Below are positions 18,411 to 28,201 of a stretch of 64,000 bases of DNA, one piece after another. Every line of letters starts with the position of its first letter. Position 1 is the stretch's first letter. A program made the position numbers and the translations under genes. Source of the stretch: Bacteroidia bacterium (GTDB lineage Bacteria > Bacteroidota > Bacteroidia > NS11-12g > UBA955); NCBI GenBank assembly GCA_044368575.1, contig JBIPPH010000005.1, forward strand, positions 5,930 to 69,929, read 5' to 3'. The notes below the pieces were generated by a model. The model was not told where the DNA came from and ran no database searches. It saw only the letters and a program-made list of their open reading frames with translations.

Positions 18411-18545
18411 ATGAATACATCTGCTTTAATCATGATGATAGCTGCTTGTAGTATTGTAGCTACCATGACTATATACTATTTTGTAAAAGTCTTAACTGCT
18501 CCACCTAGAGACCCTCAAAACGATAGTTATTCTGAAACCAACTAA
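18411..18545 (+). CDS. candidate 44-aa single-TM mini-protein
   Basis: Below the track size cutoff. My translation is MNTSALIMMIAACSIVATMTIYYFVKVLTAPPRDPQNDSYSETN. It starts 9 nt after the NSS stop and has one hydrophobic helix. Confidence 0.4.
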   Translation: MNTSALIMMIAACSIVATMTIYYFVKVLTAPPRDPQNDSYSETN

Positions 18546-18546
18546 T

Positions 18547-18711
18547 ATGCAAGATTCTCTTCAGCAAGCGGCAAGTATTAGTCAGTTTAAAACGACTTTA
18601 ATCATTTCAGAAATTGTAGTGACTGCCATCGTATTTTATGGCTTTTACTTGATCTTTAATGGCTTTAACAAGAAACAAAAAGCGTTTAAGCAACAACAGA
18701 ACGGTAAGTAA
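18547..18711 (+). CDS. candidate 54-aa single-TM mini-protein
   Basis: My translation is MQDSLQQAASISQFKTTLIISEIVVTAIVFYGFYLIFNGFNKKQKAFKQQQNGK. It starts 1 nt after the previous mini-ORF stop and has one TM helix with a basic tail. Confidence 0.4.
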   Translation: MQDSLQQAASISQFKTTLIISEIVVTAIVFYGFYLIFNGFNKKQKAFKQQQNGK

Positions 18712-18713
18712 GG

Positions 18714-18785
18714 TTATTAGTTATTTGTTATTTGTTATTTGTTATTAGGTTAGGAACCATATGGGGAATGGTTATTAGTTATTAG
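18714..18785. repeat. heptanucleotide tandem repeats TTATTWG (5 contiguous units plus 2 more after a 23-nt gap)
   Basis: Read directly: TTATTAG TTATTTG TTATTTG TTATTTG TTATTAG at 18714-18748, then TTATTAG TTATTAG at 18772-18785. Confidence 0.85.
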
Positions 18786-18791
18786 AGGGTA

Positions 18792-18882
18792 CCATTAACG
18801 ATTAACTATTAACCATTAACTATTAACCATTAATGATTAACTATTAACCATTAACTATTAACCATTAACTATTAACCATTAA
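18792..18882. repeat. 13-unit heptanucleotide tandem array YNATTAA (alternating CCATTAA/CTATTAA, effectively a 14-mer)
   Basis: Read directly: CCATTAA CGATTAA CTATTAA CCATTAA CTATTAA CCATTAA TGATTAA CTATTAA CCATTAA CTATTAA CCATTAA CTATTAA CCATTAA. Ends 9 nt before the TamB-like stop codon. Confidence 0.9.
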
Positions 18883-18890
18883 CCAACTAC

Positions 18891-21800
18891 TCAATTTACC
18901 TTCCGTTTAGCACCTTTGCGTTTGAGGAATTTGAAGGGACGCAAGACATTAAATTCCTTAGTATATACAACCCCTACACCATTTGTAGTAATAGGCGTAC
19001 TCAAGGAGGTGGTATTCACCTGGTTGAAACTAGAACGGGTATAGGCTTTGATTTTCACATTGCCCTTTTTTGTGAGTTTGTACTCTAGATTGATATTGGG
19101 GATAGAGCTGTAATTGCTAAAACTGCCATCAAAGGTCAATTTATCATTCAAAAACTTGCTACTTAACAATAAACCGTATTCTGCAGGCAATGTAATACTG
19201 CCATTTTTATAGATCACATTGACTTTCCAATTGGGATCAATTTTATTTAACCAATTACTCAATTGATTGGATAGTAAATCTGTACCAGCAGAGGATAGCG
19301 CTGTAGAACCAGCATTGGTTAATCCAGCCTCTGATTGAGCAAACATTGGAGGCAAGAATTTCTTCATCAACAACAAACTAAATACTTGTCGATTCACCTC
19401 TTCTCTGTCGGATTTTATTCTGTTAATAACTGGCGACAATGAACTCGTATAGTTGCCCGCTTCACTTTGTAATTTAGGAAAATTCAAACCAAAACTCACT
19501 TCTGGTAAAAACAAGTTACCTTTTAAATACAATTCACTTTCAACAGTTACTGCTTGTACAGATGTGTTGGTATTGAAATTAGAATTCAAAGCAACTGCAG
19601 TTAATAATGGCGATGGACTTGTAGTCTCAGAATTATAGGCTACTATATTTAATTTGGCATCTAAGGGATCTCCATACCAAGTAATGCTTCCTCCAGGACG
19701 AATATTAAACGGCTTATTATACAAATCAAAAGCGGTGAACAAATAACGGCCTTTGTCTACTGTATAATTTCCAAACATGAAAAAGTCACCACTTTGATTC
19801 ATCTCAAGTTTTAAATCACCATGACCTGTACCTGTAATTTTATCCCCTAAAATTTCATCGAATATGATTTCAACATCAGCATCATTTGTAGCTTCTATGT
19901 CTAAAACCAAACTGTGCAAAGGGAAATCTGAACTACTCTCTTTAATGATTTTTTTACGGTTGGTTTTAAAATGAACATAATTAGGAAAACTACTAGCTTC
20001 TCCTTCACTAATTGGAATATATAACTTTGTGCCTGCAGTAGTTTTAGCTTGAACGGCTAAATCCAAAGCATCAAAGGGTCCATTAATTTGAGCATTACCA
20101 TTGGCAAAGCCTTGGCCGTAAAACAACTCATTATCTCCCTTAGAAGTATTCAAAACTTGAAATTGTTTTAAATTCATGAGTTCTAAATCCATTTTAAAAT
20201 CATTGAAGGATTGATGAGTAAAAACTGCTTTGACCATTCCCGTGCCTTTCTTTTGATCTGTGATTGCGAATGGAGAGATATTAAATGAATTGCGATCTAT
20301 GTCAATATGAGCTGAAAACTGAAGTGGTGAATTCAAAAAATCTACAATACAATTTACTTGTTTTAATTCTAATCCGCCTTTAATAATTGGATCGGAAAAA
20401 GTTCCTGTAATGCTCAAACTATCAGTTGTATATAGTTTGCCAGAAAGTTTTGCGAAAATGCCATCTAAATAAGGTTGAAATAGTTTAACATCTGTTGGAG
20501 GCAAAAAGGCATGCAATTGATAATTCTGAGTAACGCTCTTATAATCTAACTCGCCTTCAATGCGCAAAGAATCCAACAAACCTCTATCTACATATACTTT
20601 TAAATGTTGAAGATGCGAATTACTTTGGTTCTTAGTGAATACACTCAAATCTCCGATTGTATCGCCATTGATTGAAAAATCAAAAACATCTATATCTGAA
20701 TGAAATGCATTATATCCTTCTTGAACTGTCATAAAGACATTTCCATCTGCATGGCCATTCAACTGCGGCAAATCAGTGTGTTTGGCGAAATAATTAACAG
20801 TATTTAAACTAAACTCATTAAAAGCAATTGACAGCTTTTGAGGTGTATTGGGCCCTAAAGCGCCATCAACGGAAATAGATTCTTTTTTCAATCTAAACAC
20901 AAAGTCGCTCAAAGAAAAATTCTCTCCTACAACCAATGCCGAGGCATTTGAATCAAGTCTCCAAATATCATTTGCTACACTTAAATGAACTTTCTTAAGA
21001 TGAATTTCTATACTATCATTGTGAAATTGCAAATCGCCTAAAGATTGAATACCAATCTTAAATCCAGTATCAATTCCACTAAATGCATAGTCAACTGAGT
21101 TGTCGTATACTTTTGACTCAATGTGAATGGCATTGGTATGAATAAAATCCCTGTCAGTAAAATGGCCTAAATCAACTGCCATTTTCAATTGTTGCCCCTT
21201 AACTTTATTAGCCTTTAATCTGAGTTGTTTGAATTCATATTGATCGAATACAATCAGCTTATTATTGATTGCAAAATCTAAAGCTTGAGTACTGGAATTA
21301 TAACTACCCTTCCCAACACATGGCTCTAATTGAAGTTTTGGTAAATACAAAGAGGTGACATCATATGGGCGCTTCAAATCTACCTCAAACACAAAATCCT
21401 CTTTAGGCAATTGCACTTTAGGCATATTAAAATAAGCAGGGATCAGCTGATGCATCAAATGCAAAATAGAAACATCCAACAATTTAAGTTTAAATTGACC
21501 TTTGATACCTGCATCAACAATATCACTTCTAAGTTTAAGCTCTTTGATGTCATTGTATTCATAGGCAGACAAATTCACATAAGGGATGTTCACTTTATTG
21601 CCATTTCTCTCTATCGCAATACTTTCTCCGACAATACTCCCTTGAGCATCATCTATACTTTTACCCACAAAATCTAAATTAAATACGCCTTTAAGCCATT
21701 GATCTGTATGATCTAATCCAAAACTCTTTAAATTGGCTTTGTGAATATCTGCGGTAAAATGAGCAGATGGCACTTTTAAATCACTTCTAAATTCTCCATC

Positions 21801-23303
21801 AAAATCTAAATCTAAGTTTTCATCTCTGAATTGGGCTTGACCAGCAAATCTGGCTTTACTCATTTCTCCCTTCGCTGTGATATTTTTAAAAGTATGACCA
21901 TTAAAAGTTAAATGGGGCATTTTACCATCTAAATTAATGCGGTAATGATCTCTGCTCATTCCCACCCCATCAATGCGAACATCAAATCCTATATCATCGA
22001 TTTGGGCTTCCTTAATAAACGAATTAATTTTAAAGAAATCAGTACTCAACGTTCCTGAGTATTTAGCTTTATCTAAACCCTCACTGTATTTAATATTGAT
22101 GTCTGTTTTAAAATTACCAATTTGCGTAGCAATATTCCCGTAAGAAACAAAATCATTGTAAAAGCCAATAAAGCTGCCTTGGTATTGAACAGTCCCCAAA
22201 GCCGCAAAATTACTAGGCATATTATTCTGCGACAACACCTCTAAATCATGATAATTAGATTTAAATTGTTTGACATTAATATCTAAAATGGTATTGTCGA
22301 AATTAGGCAAACCAGTCATTGACCAATCCCCATTAAATACAGTCGTCTCAAGGGCTTTAATTTCAGTTGAGTGCCCTCTAAGTTGTGATAACGGGCCTTC
22401 ACATTGACCTTTTAATTGCAAACTAAAATCATAAGGTTTGAGTTCATCTGAAAAGAAAGCCAAATCAGATGTTCTGATGGTTGAGGCTGTTATATTGGCT
22501 TTGATGGTTACATTGTCATTGAATTGATTGTAATCTTTCCAAGTATTGGTTAATAGCTTAAAATCCCCTTCAATTTCACTTTGTTGGCTGTATAAATGAA
22601 ATTTTTCAAATTCAATGCCTTTTGCGTGAATATTGGTTGTAGCTTGTAATTGTTTGAGTTCAAATCCACATTTCTCTTTTGCTGATAATGCATTGGTTAT
22701 AAAATGCATAGAATCATCTATCAAATAAAAATCAGATAGACTTGCATGGATATCAGAAAAACTAATTTGATTGTAGTTAAAGGCCATGAAATCAGGTGCC
22801 TCATCATTGTCTTGAAAATAGTCATACTTTACATCTTCAAGCGCGACCTCTTGACTATGGATTGTCCATATAATTTTGGGTTTATTGGGATCTCTAGGTC
22901 CTGCATCAAAATAATCTAATAAAAACTCGTAATTATCTGTTGAATCTCCTTTGTGCTCACCAAAATACACCTTACCACCATTGATGGCTATTGCATTAAA
23001 ATCTATTAATCGTTTATTGGCCTTATATGTATTATAATCCAAATTCAATTCCCTGAAATAAAACATGGTATCTCCGGCCTGGTCTTCAACATACAAATCT
23101 TCAATAATAGCTGTCTTAAAAAAAGCTATGTCAACTCCAGAAACTTTTACCTTGGTTTTTAATTCTGTTGATAGATATTCAGTAATACTTTGAGCCAACC
23201 ATGATTGAACAGGTTTACTTCTAAAAGCAATGTAAAGCAGACCCACCACGAAAAACATGATGAGTAGGATTAATCGAGCTATTTTAGATATCTTTGCTAA
23301 CAC
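18891..23303 (-). CDS. tamB: translocation and assembly module protein TamB-like (DUF490 C-terminus)
   Basis: Very large beta-rich protein of about 1470 aa with one N-terminal TM anchor. The N-terminus KISKIARLILLIMFFVVGLLYIAFRSKPVQSWLAQSITEYLSTELKTKVKVSGVDIAFF matches the usual Bacteroidota TamB start. The track ORF runs to 23429 but would overlap divergent tsaD by 74 nt, so I prefer GTG at 23303. The start is provisional. Confidence 0.8.
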   Translation of the reverse strand: MLAKISKIARLILLIMFFVVGLLYIAFRSKPVQSWLAQSITEYLSTELKTKVKVSGVDIAFFKTAIIEDLYVEDQAGDTMFYFRELNLDYNTYKANKRLIDFNAIAINGGKVYFGEHKGDSTDNYEFLLDYFDAGPRDPNKPKIIWTIHSQEVALEDVKYDYFQDNDEAPDFMAFNYNQISFSDIHASLSDFYLIDDSMHFITNALSAKEKCGFELKQLQATTNIHAKGIEFEKFHLYSQQSEIEGDFKLLTNTWKDYNQFNDNVTIKANITASTIRTSDLAFFSDELKPYDFSLQLKGQCEGPLSQLRGHSTEIKALETTVFNGDWSMTGLPNFDNTILDINVKQFKSNYHDLEVLSQNNMPSNFAALGTVQYQGSFIGFYNDFVSYGNIATQIGNFKTDINIKYSEGLDKAKYSGTLSTDFFKINSFIKEAQIDDIGFDVRIDGVGMSRDHYRINLDGKMPHLTFNGHTFKNITAKGEMSKARFAGQAQFRDENLDLDFDGEFRSDLKVPSAHFTADIHKANLKSFGLDHTDQWLKGVFNLDFVGKSIDDAQGSIVGESIAIERNGNKVNIPYVNLSAYEYNDIKELKLRSDIVDAGIKGQFKLKLLDVSILHLMHQLIPAYFNMPKVQLPKEDFVFEVDLKRPYDVTSLYLPKLQLEPCVGKGSYNSSTQALDFAINNKLIVFDQYEFKQLRLKANKVKGQQLKMAVDLGHFTDRDFIHTNAIHIESKVYDNSVDYAFSGIDTGFKIGIQSLGDLQFHNDSIEIHLKKVHLSVANDIWRLDSNASALVVGENFSLSDFVFRLKKESISVDGALGPNTPQKLSIAFNEFSLNTVNYFAKHTDLPQLNGHADGNVFMTVQEGYNAFHSDIDVFDFSINGDTIGDLSVFTKNQSNSHLQHLKVYVDRGLLDSLRIEGELDYKSVTQNYQLHAFLPPTDVKLFQPYLDGIFAKLSGKLYTTDSLSITGTFSDPIIKGGLELKQVNCIVDFLNSPLQFSAHIDIDRNSFNISPFAITDQKKGTGMVKAVFTHQSFNDFKMDLELMNLKQFQVLNTSKGDNELFYGQGFANGNAQINGPFDALDLAVQAKTTAGTKLYIPISEGEASSFPNYVHFKTNRKKIIKESSSDFPLHSLVLDIEATNDADVEIIFDEILGDKITGTGHGDLKLEMNQSGDFFMFGNYTVDKGRYLFTAFDLYNKPFNIRPGGSITWYGDPLDAKLNIVAYNSETTSPSPLLTAVALNSNFNTNTSVQAVTVESELYLKGNLFLPEVSFGLNFPKLQSEAGNYTSSLSPVINRIKSDREEVNRQVFSLLLMKKFLPPMFAQSEAGLTNAGSTALSSAGTDLLSNQLSNWLNKIDPNWKVNVIYKNGSITLPAEYGLLLSSKFLNDKLTFDGSFSNYSSIPNINLEYKLTKKGNVKIKAYTRSSFNQVNTTSLSTPITTNGVGVVYTKEFNVLRPFKFLKRKGAKRKVN

Positions 23304-23355
23304 TTTTGGCCTTAAGGGCAAATATAAGTAACCACACAAGAAGACTATACACACA

Positions 23356-24366
23356 ATGACAGAAAAACAAGACACTATCAACATCTTGGCCATTGAATCT
23401 TCTTGCGATGATACCGCAGCTGCCGTCATTCAAAACGGCAAAATACTTGCCAATATTGTTTCGAGTCAATTAATCCACCAACAATACGGCGGTGTTATCC
23501 CTGAATTGGCCAGTAGAGCACACCAACAAAATATAGTTAAAGTCGTAAGCAAGGCACTTGAAAAAGCAGAAATGTCAACTGTTCAATTGCATGCAGTTGC
23601 CTATACACAAGGGCCGGGCTTAATGGGCTCATTATTAGTAGGTAGTCAATTTGCCAAGGGCCTGTGTTTGGCTTCAAACTTGCCGAGCATTGGGGTAAAT
23701 CATTTAGAAGCCCATGTGGCTGCTCATTATATTGAGCAACAGCAGCGCTTTCCAATGATTTGTTTATTGGTATCAGGCGGACACACCCAATTGATTTTGG
23801 TGAAATCTGAATTAGACATGAGCGTTTTGGGGTCTACCCTAGATGATGCGGCTGGCGAAGCTTTTGACAAAACGGCTAAACTCCTAAATTTGCCCTACCC
23901 AGGAGGGCCTTTAATTGACCAATATGCTGAACTTGGCAACGACAAAGCCTTTGAATTTCCTGTCGCGAAATTAGAAGATTACCAATTCAGCTACAGTGGA
24001 CTAAAAACAGCTTTATTGTATTTTTTGCAGAAGCAAACAGATCCTAGTGCATTTATAGAAAAACACTTAAATGACATTTGTGCCAGTATGCGCAAAGCAA
24101 TCGTTAAACCCTTGATTCAACAATTAGAAAAAGCCGCCTTAGCGCACAATGTTCAAACCATAGCCATAGCGGGCGGTGTATCTGCCAATGCTTTATTGAG
24201 GCGTTCAGTTATTGCACTGGGCGAAAAGCACCAATGGAGAACACTTATTCCGGCCTTTGAATATTGCACAGACAATGCAGCTATGATTGCTATGGTGGCC
24301 CATTATAAATATTTAAATCAAGACTTTACGCCATTAAATGCGCTGCCTTTCAGTCGTATGGATTAA
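23356..24366 (+). CDS. tsaD: tRNA N6-adenosine threonylcarbamoyltransferase
   Basis: ILAIESSCDDTAAAV, SRAHQ, HLEAH and VSGGHT motifs, with a C-terminal AGGVSAN. 336 aa. Confidence 0.95.
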   Translation: MTEKQDTINILAIESSCDDTAAAVIQNGKILANIVSSQLIHQQYGGVIPELASRAHQQNIVKVVSKALEKAEMSTVQLHAVAYTQGPGLMGSLLVGSQFAKGLCLASNLPSIGVNHLEAHVAAHYIEQQQRFPMICLLVSGGHTQLILVKSELDMSVLGSTLDDAAGEAFDKTAKLLNLPYPGGPLIDQYAELGNDKAFEFPVAKLEDYQFSYSGLKTALLYFLQKQTDPSAFIEKHLNDICASMRKAIVKPLIQQLEKAALAHNVQTIAIAGGVSANALLRRSVIALGEKHQWRTLIPAFEYCTDNAAMIAMVAHYKYLNQDFTPLNALPFSRMD

Positions 24367-25517
24367 GCTTGGGCTTTAACACTCAAAATGGCTTCGCAAA
24401 TCTGATCTACACCAATGGACTTAATTTCAGTATGACTGTACTGTAATTTTAATTGATTGGCATCTAATTTCATCCATTCAGGATACACAACCCTAACTTG
24501 GTGTTTAACATAAGGCTGATAGTTGGTAAACCTTTGCCAATTGGTGGCATTACTAATTACTACAGTATTGGTGGCCGTTAATACCCCATAGTGCAATGCT
24601 GCAGAATCTGGTGTCAGCAAAACACTGGCTTCTCCTATAAAAGTCATTAAGTCTAACAAAGAGGTTTGAGCACATAAATCGATGTATTGTAACGTTTTAC
24701 AAAGTGGTTTTAAAGCCTCAGAAAAGGCAATTGAATTAGGCCCCCCTAAAACAATGATTTTGGCAAAACGCCCTTGCATACGGTGAATTACTTGGGCGTA
24801 TTTATGAACTGGCCAATTGCGAGCCTTTGAACTTGCAACCGGAAAAATGATCAAATGATTGTGTTTTTTAAATTGGGCAAATGGCGATTGAACCGTATAC
24901 TCAACAGGCACATGAAACAGCTTTTCAACGAACTCCAAATTTCTAAAATATTCTAATCCGATGGCTTGATCAGAATGTATCGTTGAATGCATGATGGCTT
25001 CTGCCTCAGGTAAATTTGGAATGTAACTGTGATGCGTACTCGACCAGGCTATTTTACGGTCAGATTGTGCAGCGGCAACTAGCAAATCATCTAGCTTATA
25101 CTGTCTGGTAAACAAGGGCGTAAAAACGAGTTCATAAGCATGCTTACTCAAAGTTTGATACTGTTCTAATCGGTATTTTGCATTGCCCCATTGCGCTTTA
25201 TTGATCCAAATGTAATGATCTGCAAAATCAAACCATGCCTCCACTAATGGCTTTACTTGAGCATTGCCAACAAAAGTGATTGGTTTAGGCGCATTGGCTT
25301 TAATGTAGGGAATGCATTGCTGCCAGAATAAAAAATCACCAATATCATCGCATTTTACAATCAATGTACCATGCTTTTTATGGTTGCTATTACTAAGTGT
25401 TTGAATGACTTTTAATTCATCCATTAGCCATTGCTTGGTCTTGAGGGCATCGCGTCTAAGCTTCCTTAATTGAAGCCATTTAGACACTGACAATTGTAGC
25501 CTCAAGAACAGATTCAT
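24363..25517 (-). CDS. glycosyltransferase family 9 (heptosyltransferase-like) protein
   Basis: N-terminal pattern LIVKCDDIGDFLFWQQCIPYIK and C-terminal LIGEASVLLTPDSAALHYGVLTATNTVVI resemble GT9 donor and acceptor domains. Its ATG overlaps the valS stop (ATGA). Confidence 0.6.
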   Translation of the reverse strand: MNLFLRLQLSVSKWLQLRKLRRDALKTKQWLMDELKVIQTLSNSNHKKHGTLIVKCDDIGDFLFWQQCIPYIKANAPKPITFVGNAQVKPLVEAWFDFADHYIWINKAQWGNAKYRLEQYQTLSKHAYELVFTPLFTRQYKLDDLLVAAAQSDRKIAWSSTHHSYIPNLPEAEAIMHSTIHSDQAIGLEYFRNLEFVEKLFHVPVEYTVQSPFAQFKKHNHLIIFPVASSKARNWPVHKYAQVIHRMQGRFAKIIVLGGPNSIAFSEALKPLCKTLQYIDLCAQTSLLDLMTFIGEASVLLTPDSAALHYGVLTATNTVVISNATNWQRFTNYQPYVKHQVRVVYPEWMKLDANQLKLQYSHTEIKSIGVDQICEAILSVKAQA

Positions 25518-28150
25518 TGACCTTGCAAGCGTTTGATTTTTTCTTCTGCATCAGCCTTTTTCTGACGTTCTTTTTCAATCACATCAGGCTTGGCATTGGC
25601 TACAAATTTCTCATTGCTCAATTTGGCCTCTACTGATTTTAAAAAGCCCTGTAAATAAGCAATTTCTTCTGCTATCTTTTTTTGTTCGGCAGCTTGATCA
25701 ATCTGAGATTCAAATGGCACAAAACACTCATCGGTTCCATTCAACACTGTAATGCAATGCGTAGGTTTAGCCTGATTGTATTGAATTTGATTGAGGTTGG
25801 CTAATTTCCTAACGATGCCTTCCCACAACTCATAATTAGCAACATTAGGGGTATTGATAATAATATCTAATGGTTGTTTAGGCGATAAGCCTTTACTGTT
25901 GCGTATATTTCTAATTTCAGTAACGATACCCAATGGCAAATCATTTAATGCGAGTAGTTCAGTGTTTTCTTTTGGATAGCTTGAAACAATAATGGCTTGA
26001 GCTGGATGACCTTCGTGTAATGCATGGTATAACTCTTCCGTAATGAAAGGCATAAATGGGTGCAGTAATTTGAGCAAAGATTCAAAATTAAGCTTGGCTT
26101 GATTGATTGTTGAAGCAGCAATTGCATCGCCATAAGTTGGCTTAATCATTTCCAAATAGTTTGAACAAAAATCATCCCAAATCAATTTGTAAATGGACAT
26201 GAGCGCGTCACTTAATCTGAAGGCTTTGAACTCATTGTGAATGGCATTAACGGCTGTCTGAAACTTCATTTCAAACCACTGATTAGCCAATGCATCTGCA
26301 GACAAGACTTTAGCGTCTATTTCAGCATCTACTTTAACCGGCAGACTGGCTAGTAGTCTGTAGGCATTCCAAATTTTGTTGCAAAAATTTCGCCCTTGTT
26401 CCAATTGGCTTTCATCGTAAAGAATGTCATTGCCAGCTGGAGCAGATAACAATAAACCCATACGTGTACCATCAGCGCCAAACTGTGCAATCAATTCTAA
26501 TGGCTCAGGGCTATTGCCCAATGATTTACTCATTTTACGACGTTGTTTATCGCGAACCAAACCAGTAAAATACACATTTGAAAAAGGTTTTTGACCTGTA
26601 AATGCATAACCGGCCATAACCATTCTGGCCACCCAGAAGAATATAATATCAGGGCCCGTCACCAAATCATTGGTCGGATAATAGTACTTAAAATCTGCTG
26701 AATCTTTGAACCCATCAAACACAGAAATTGGCCACAACCAACTACTGAACCAAGTATCTAAAACATCTTCATCTTGTCTGATGTCTTTTGCTTGGATATG
26801 TGGATTCAAGGATTGAAATTGCATCAAGGCTTCAGCTTCAGTTGAGGCCACAACCATATGTCCAAAATCATCGTACCATGCTGGTATTCTATGTCCCCAC
26901 CACAATTGACGACTAATGTTCCAATCTTTTATGTTGGTTAACCAATGTTTATAGGTGTTTTTAAACTTACTTGGGTGAAAAGCAATTTGATCGTCCATTA
27001 CATGGTCCAATACTTCAGGATGCTTTTCCATGAACAACTGCATATTCACAAACCATTGAGTAGAGATTTTTTTCTCAATGACTGCATCCGTTCTCTCACT
27101 GTGCCCAATTGTATTTTTTATGGATTCTGTTTTTTGCAACAAGCCTTGTTCTTCAAGGTCTTTCACAATTTGTTTTCTACAGGCAAATCTGTCTAAACCA
27201 ACATAGGCCCCTGCTCTTTCGTGGATTTTACCTTCATCGGTCAACACATCGATGGCTTCTAAACGGTGTTTTTCACCAATACGGTAATCATTTTCATCGT
27301 GCGCAGGCGTTACTTTTAAGCAACCTGTTCCAAAACTCTGATCAATGTAATCATCTGCTATAATTGGCACTACCCTATTAACGATTGGCACAATAACTGT
27401 TTGACCAATCAAAGCCTTGTATCTTTCATCTTCAGGATGCACGCATATAGCCACATCTCCCATTAAAGTTTCTGGTCGAGTTGTAGCAATGCACAAGCCA
27501 TCTGACAGCCCCATTACAGCTTGTTTAGTTTGCTCTGTAAATGGGTAGGTGATATAATACAACTGCGCATTATTCTCCTTGTAAATAACTTCTTCGTCAC
27601 TAAGTGTAGTTAGGCCTTTAGGATCCCAATTCACCATTTTAGTACCACGGTAAATCAAACCATCTCGGTACATAGATACAAATACTTGTGTAACTGCTGT
27701 ACTCAAATCCTCCTCCATGGTAAAGCGCGTTCTTTTCCAATCACAGCTTGCCCCTAATTTCTTGAGTTGTTCTAATATTATACCGCCGTATTTATGTGTC
27801 CAATCCCAAGCATGTTTCAAAAAATCCTCACGGCTTAGATCTTTTTTTTGTATGCCTTGCTCGGCAAGCATTTTAACAACCTTAGCTTCAGTTGCAATAC
27901 TAGCATGATCAGTACCAGGTACCCAACAAGCGTTTTTACCTTCCATTCTGGCTTTTCTGATCAAGACATCTTGAATGGTGTTATTGAGCATATGCCCCAT
28001 GTGCAATACACCTGTCACATTGGGCGGAGGGATAACAATAGTATAAGGTTCTCTATGGTCAGGCTGAGAATCAAAATAGCCTTTTGATTGCCAATAGGCA
28101 TACCATTTTTGTTCTACTTCAGCGTGGAGATAATGCTTGTCTAATTCCAT
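25514..28150 (-). CDS. valS: valine--tRNA ligase
   Basis: 878 aa. HIGH-type PPPNVTGVLHMGH, KMSKS, a CP1 editing domain and a C-terminal coiled-coil. Confidence 0.97.
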   Translation of the reverse strand: MELDKHYLHAEVEQKWYAYWQSKGYFDSQPDHREPYTIVIPPPNVTGVLHMGHMLNNTIQDVLIRKARMEGKNACWVPGTDHASIATEAKVVKMLAEQGIQKKDLSREDFLKHAWDWTHKYGGIILEQLKKLGASCDWKRTRFTMEEDLSTAVTQVFVSMYRDGLIYRGTKMVNWDPKGLTTLSDEEVIYKENNAQLYYITYPFTEQTKQAVMGLSDGLCIATTRPETLMGDVAICVHPEDERYKALIGQTVIVPIVNRVVPIIADDYIDQSFGTGCLKVTPAHDENDYRIGEKHRLEAIDVLTDEGKIHERAGAYVGLDRFACRKQIVKDLEEQGLLQKTESIKNTIGHSERTDAVIEKKISTQWFVNMQLFMEKHPEVLDHVMDDQIAFHPSKFKNTYKHWLTNIKDWNISRQLWWGHRIPAWYDDFGHMVVASTEAEALMQFQSLNPHIQAKDIRQDEDVLDTWFSSWLWPISVFDGFKDSADFKYYYPTNDLVTGPDIIFFWVARMVMAGYAFTGQKPFSNVYFTGLVRDKQRRKMSKSLGNSPEPLELIAQFGADGTRMGLLLSAPAGNDILYDESQLEQGRNFCNKIWNAYRLLASLPVKVDAEIDAKVLSADALANQWFEMKFQTAVNAIHNEFKAFRLSDALMSIYKLIWDDFCSNYLEMIKPTYGDAIAASTINQAKLNFESLLKLLHPFMPFITEELYHALHEGHPAQAIIVSSYPKENTELLALNDLPLGIVTEIRNIRNSKGLSPKQPLDIIINTPNVANYELWEGIVRKLANLNQIQYNQAKPTHCITVLNGTDECFVPFESQIDQAAEQKKIAEEIAYLQGFLKSVEAKLSNEKFVANAKPDVIEKERQKKADAEEKIKRLQGQ

Positions 28151-28201
28151 TTACGGCAAAAATACTGAATTTTAATCAGCTCTCAAAAGAGCTCATAGCA
28201 G

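Noticed and set aside
18712-18890. Possible CRISPR array, considered because of the regular short repeats.
   Set aside because: The units are 7 nt (14 nt when alternation is counted) and are directly abutting with no unique spacers. No cas genes are in the window. This is a microsatellite or minisatellite, not a CRISPR array.
23304-23469. N-terminal extension of the TamB-like ORF to 23429, and the 61-aa ORF at 23284-23469.
   Set aside because: Both would overlap the divergent tsaD coding start at 23356. The canonical TamB N-terminus (short basic segment plus one TM) is reproduced by starting at GTG 23303, so the extension is probably untranslated.
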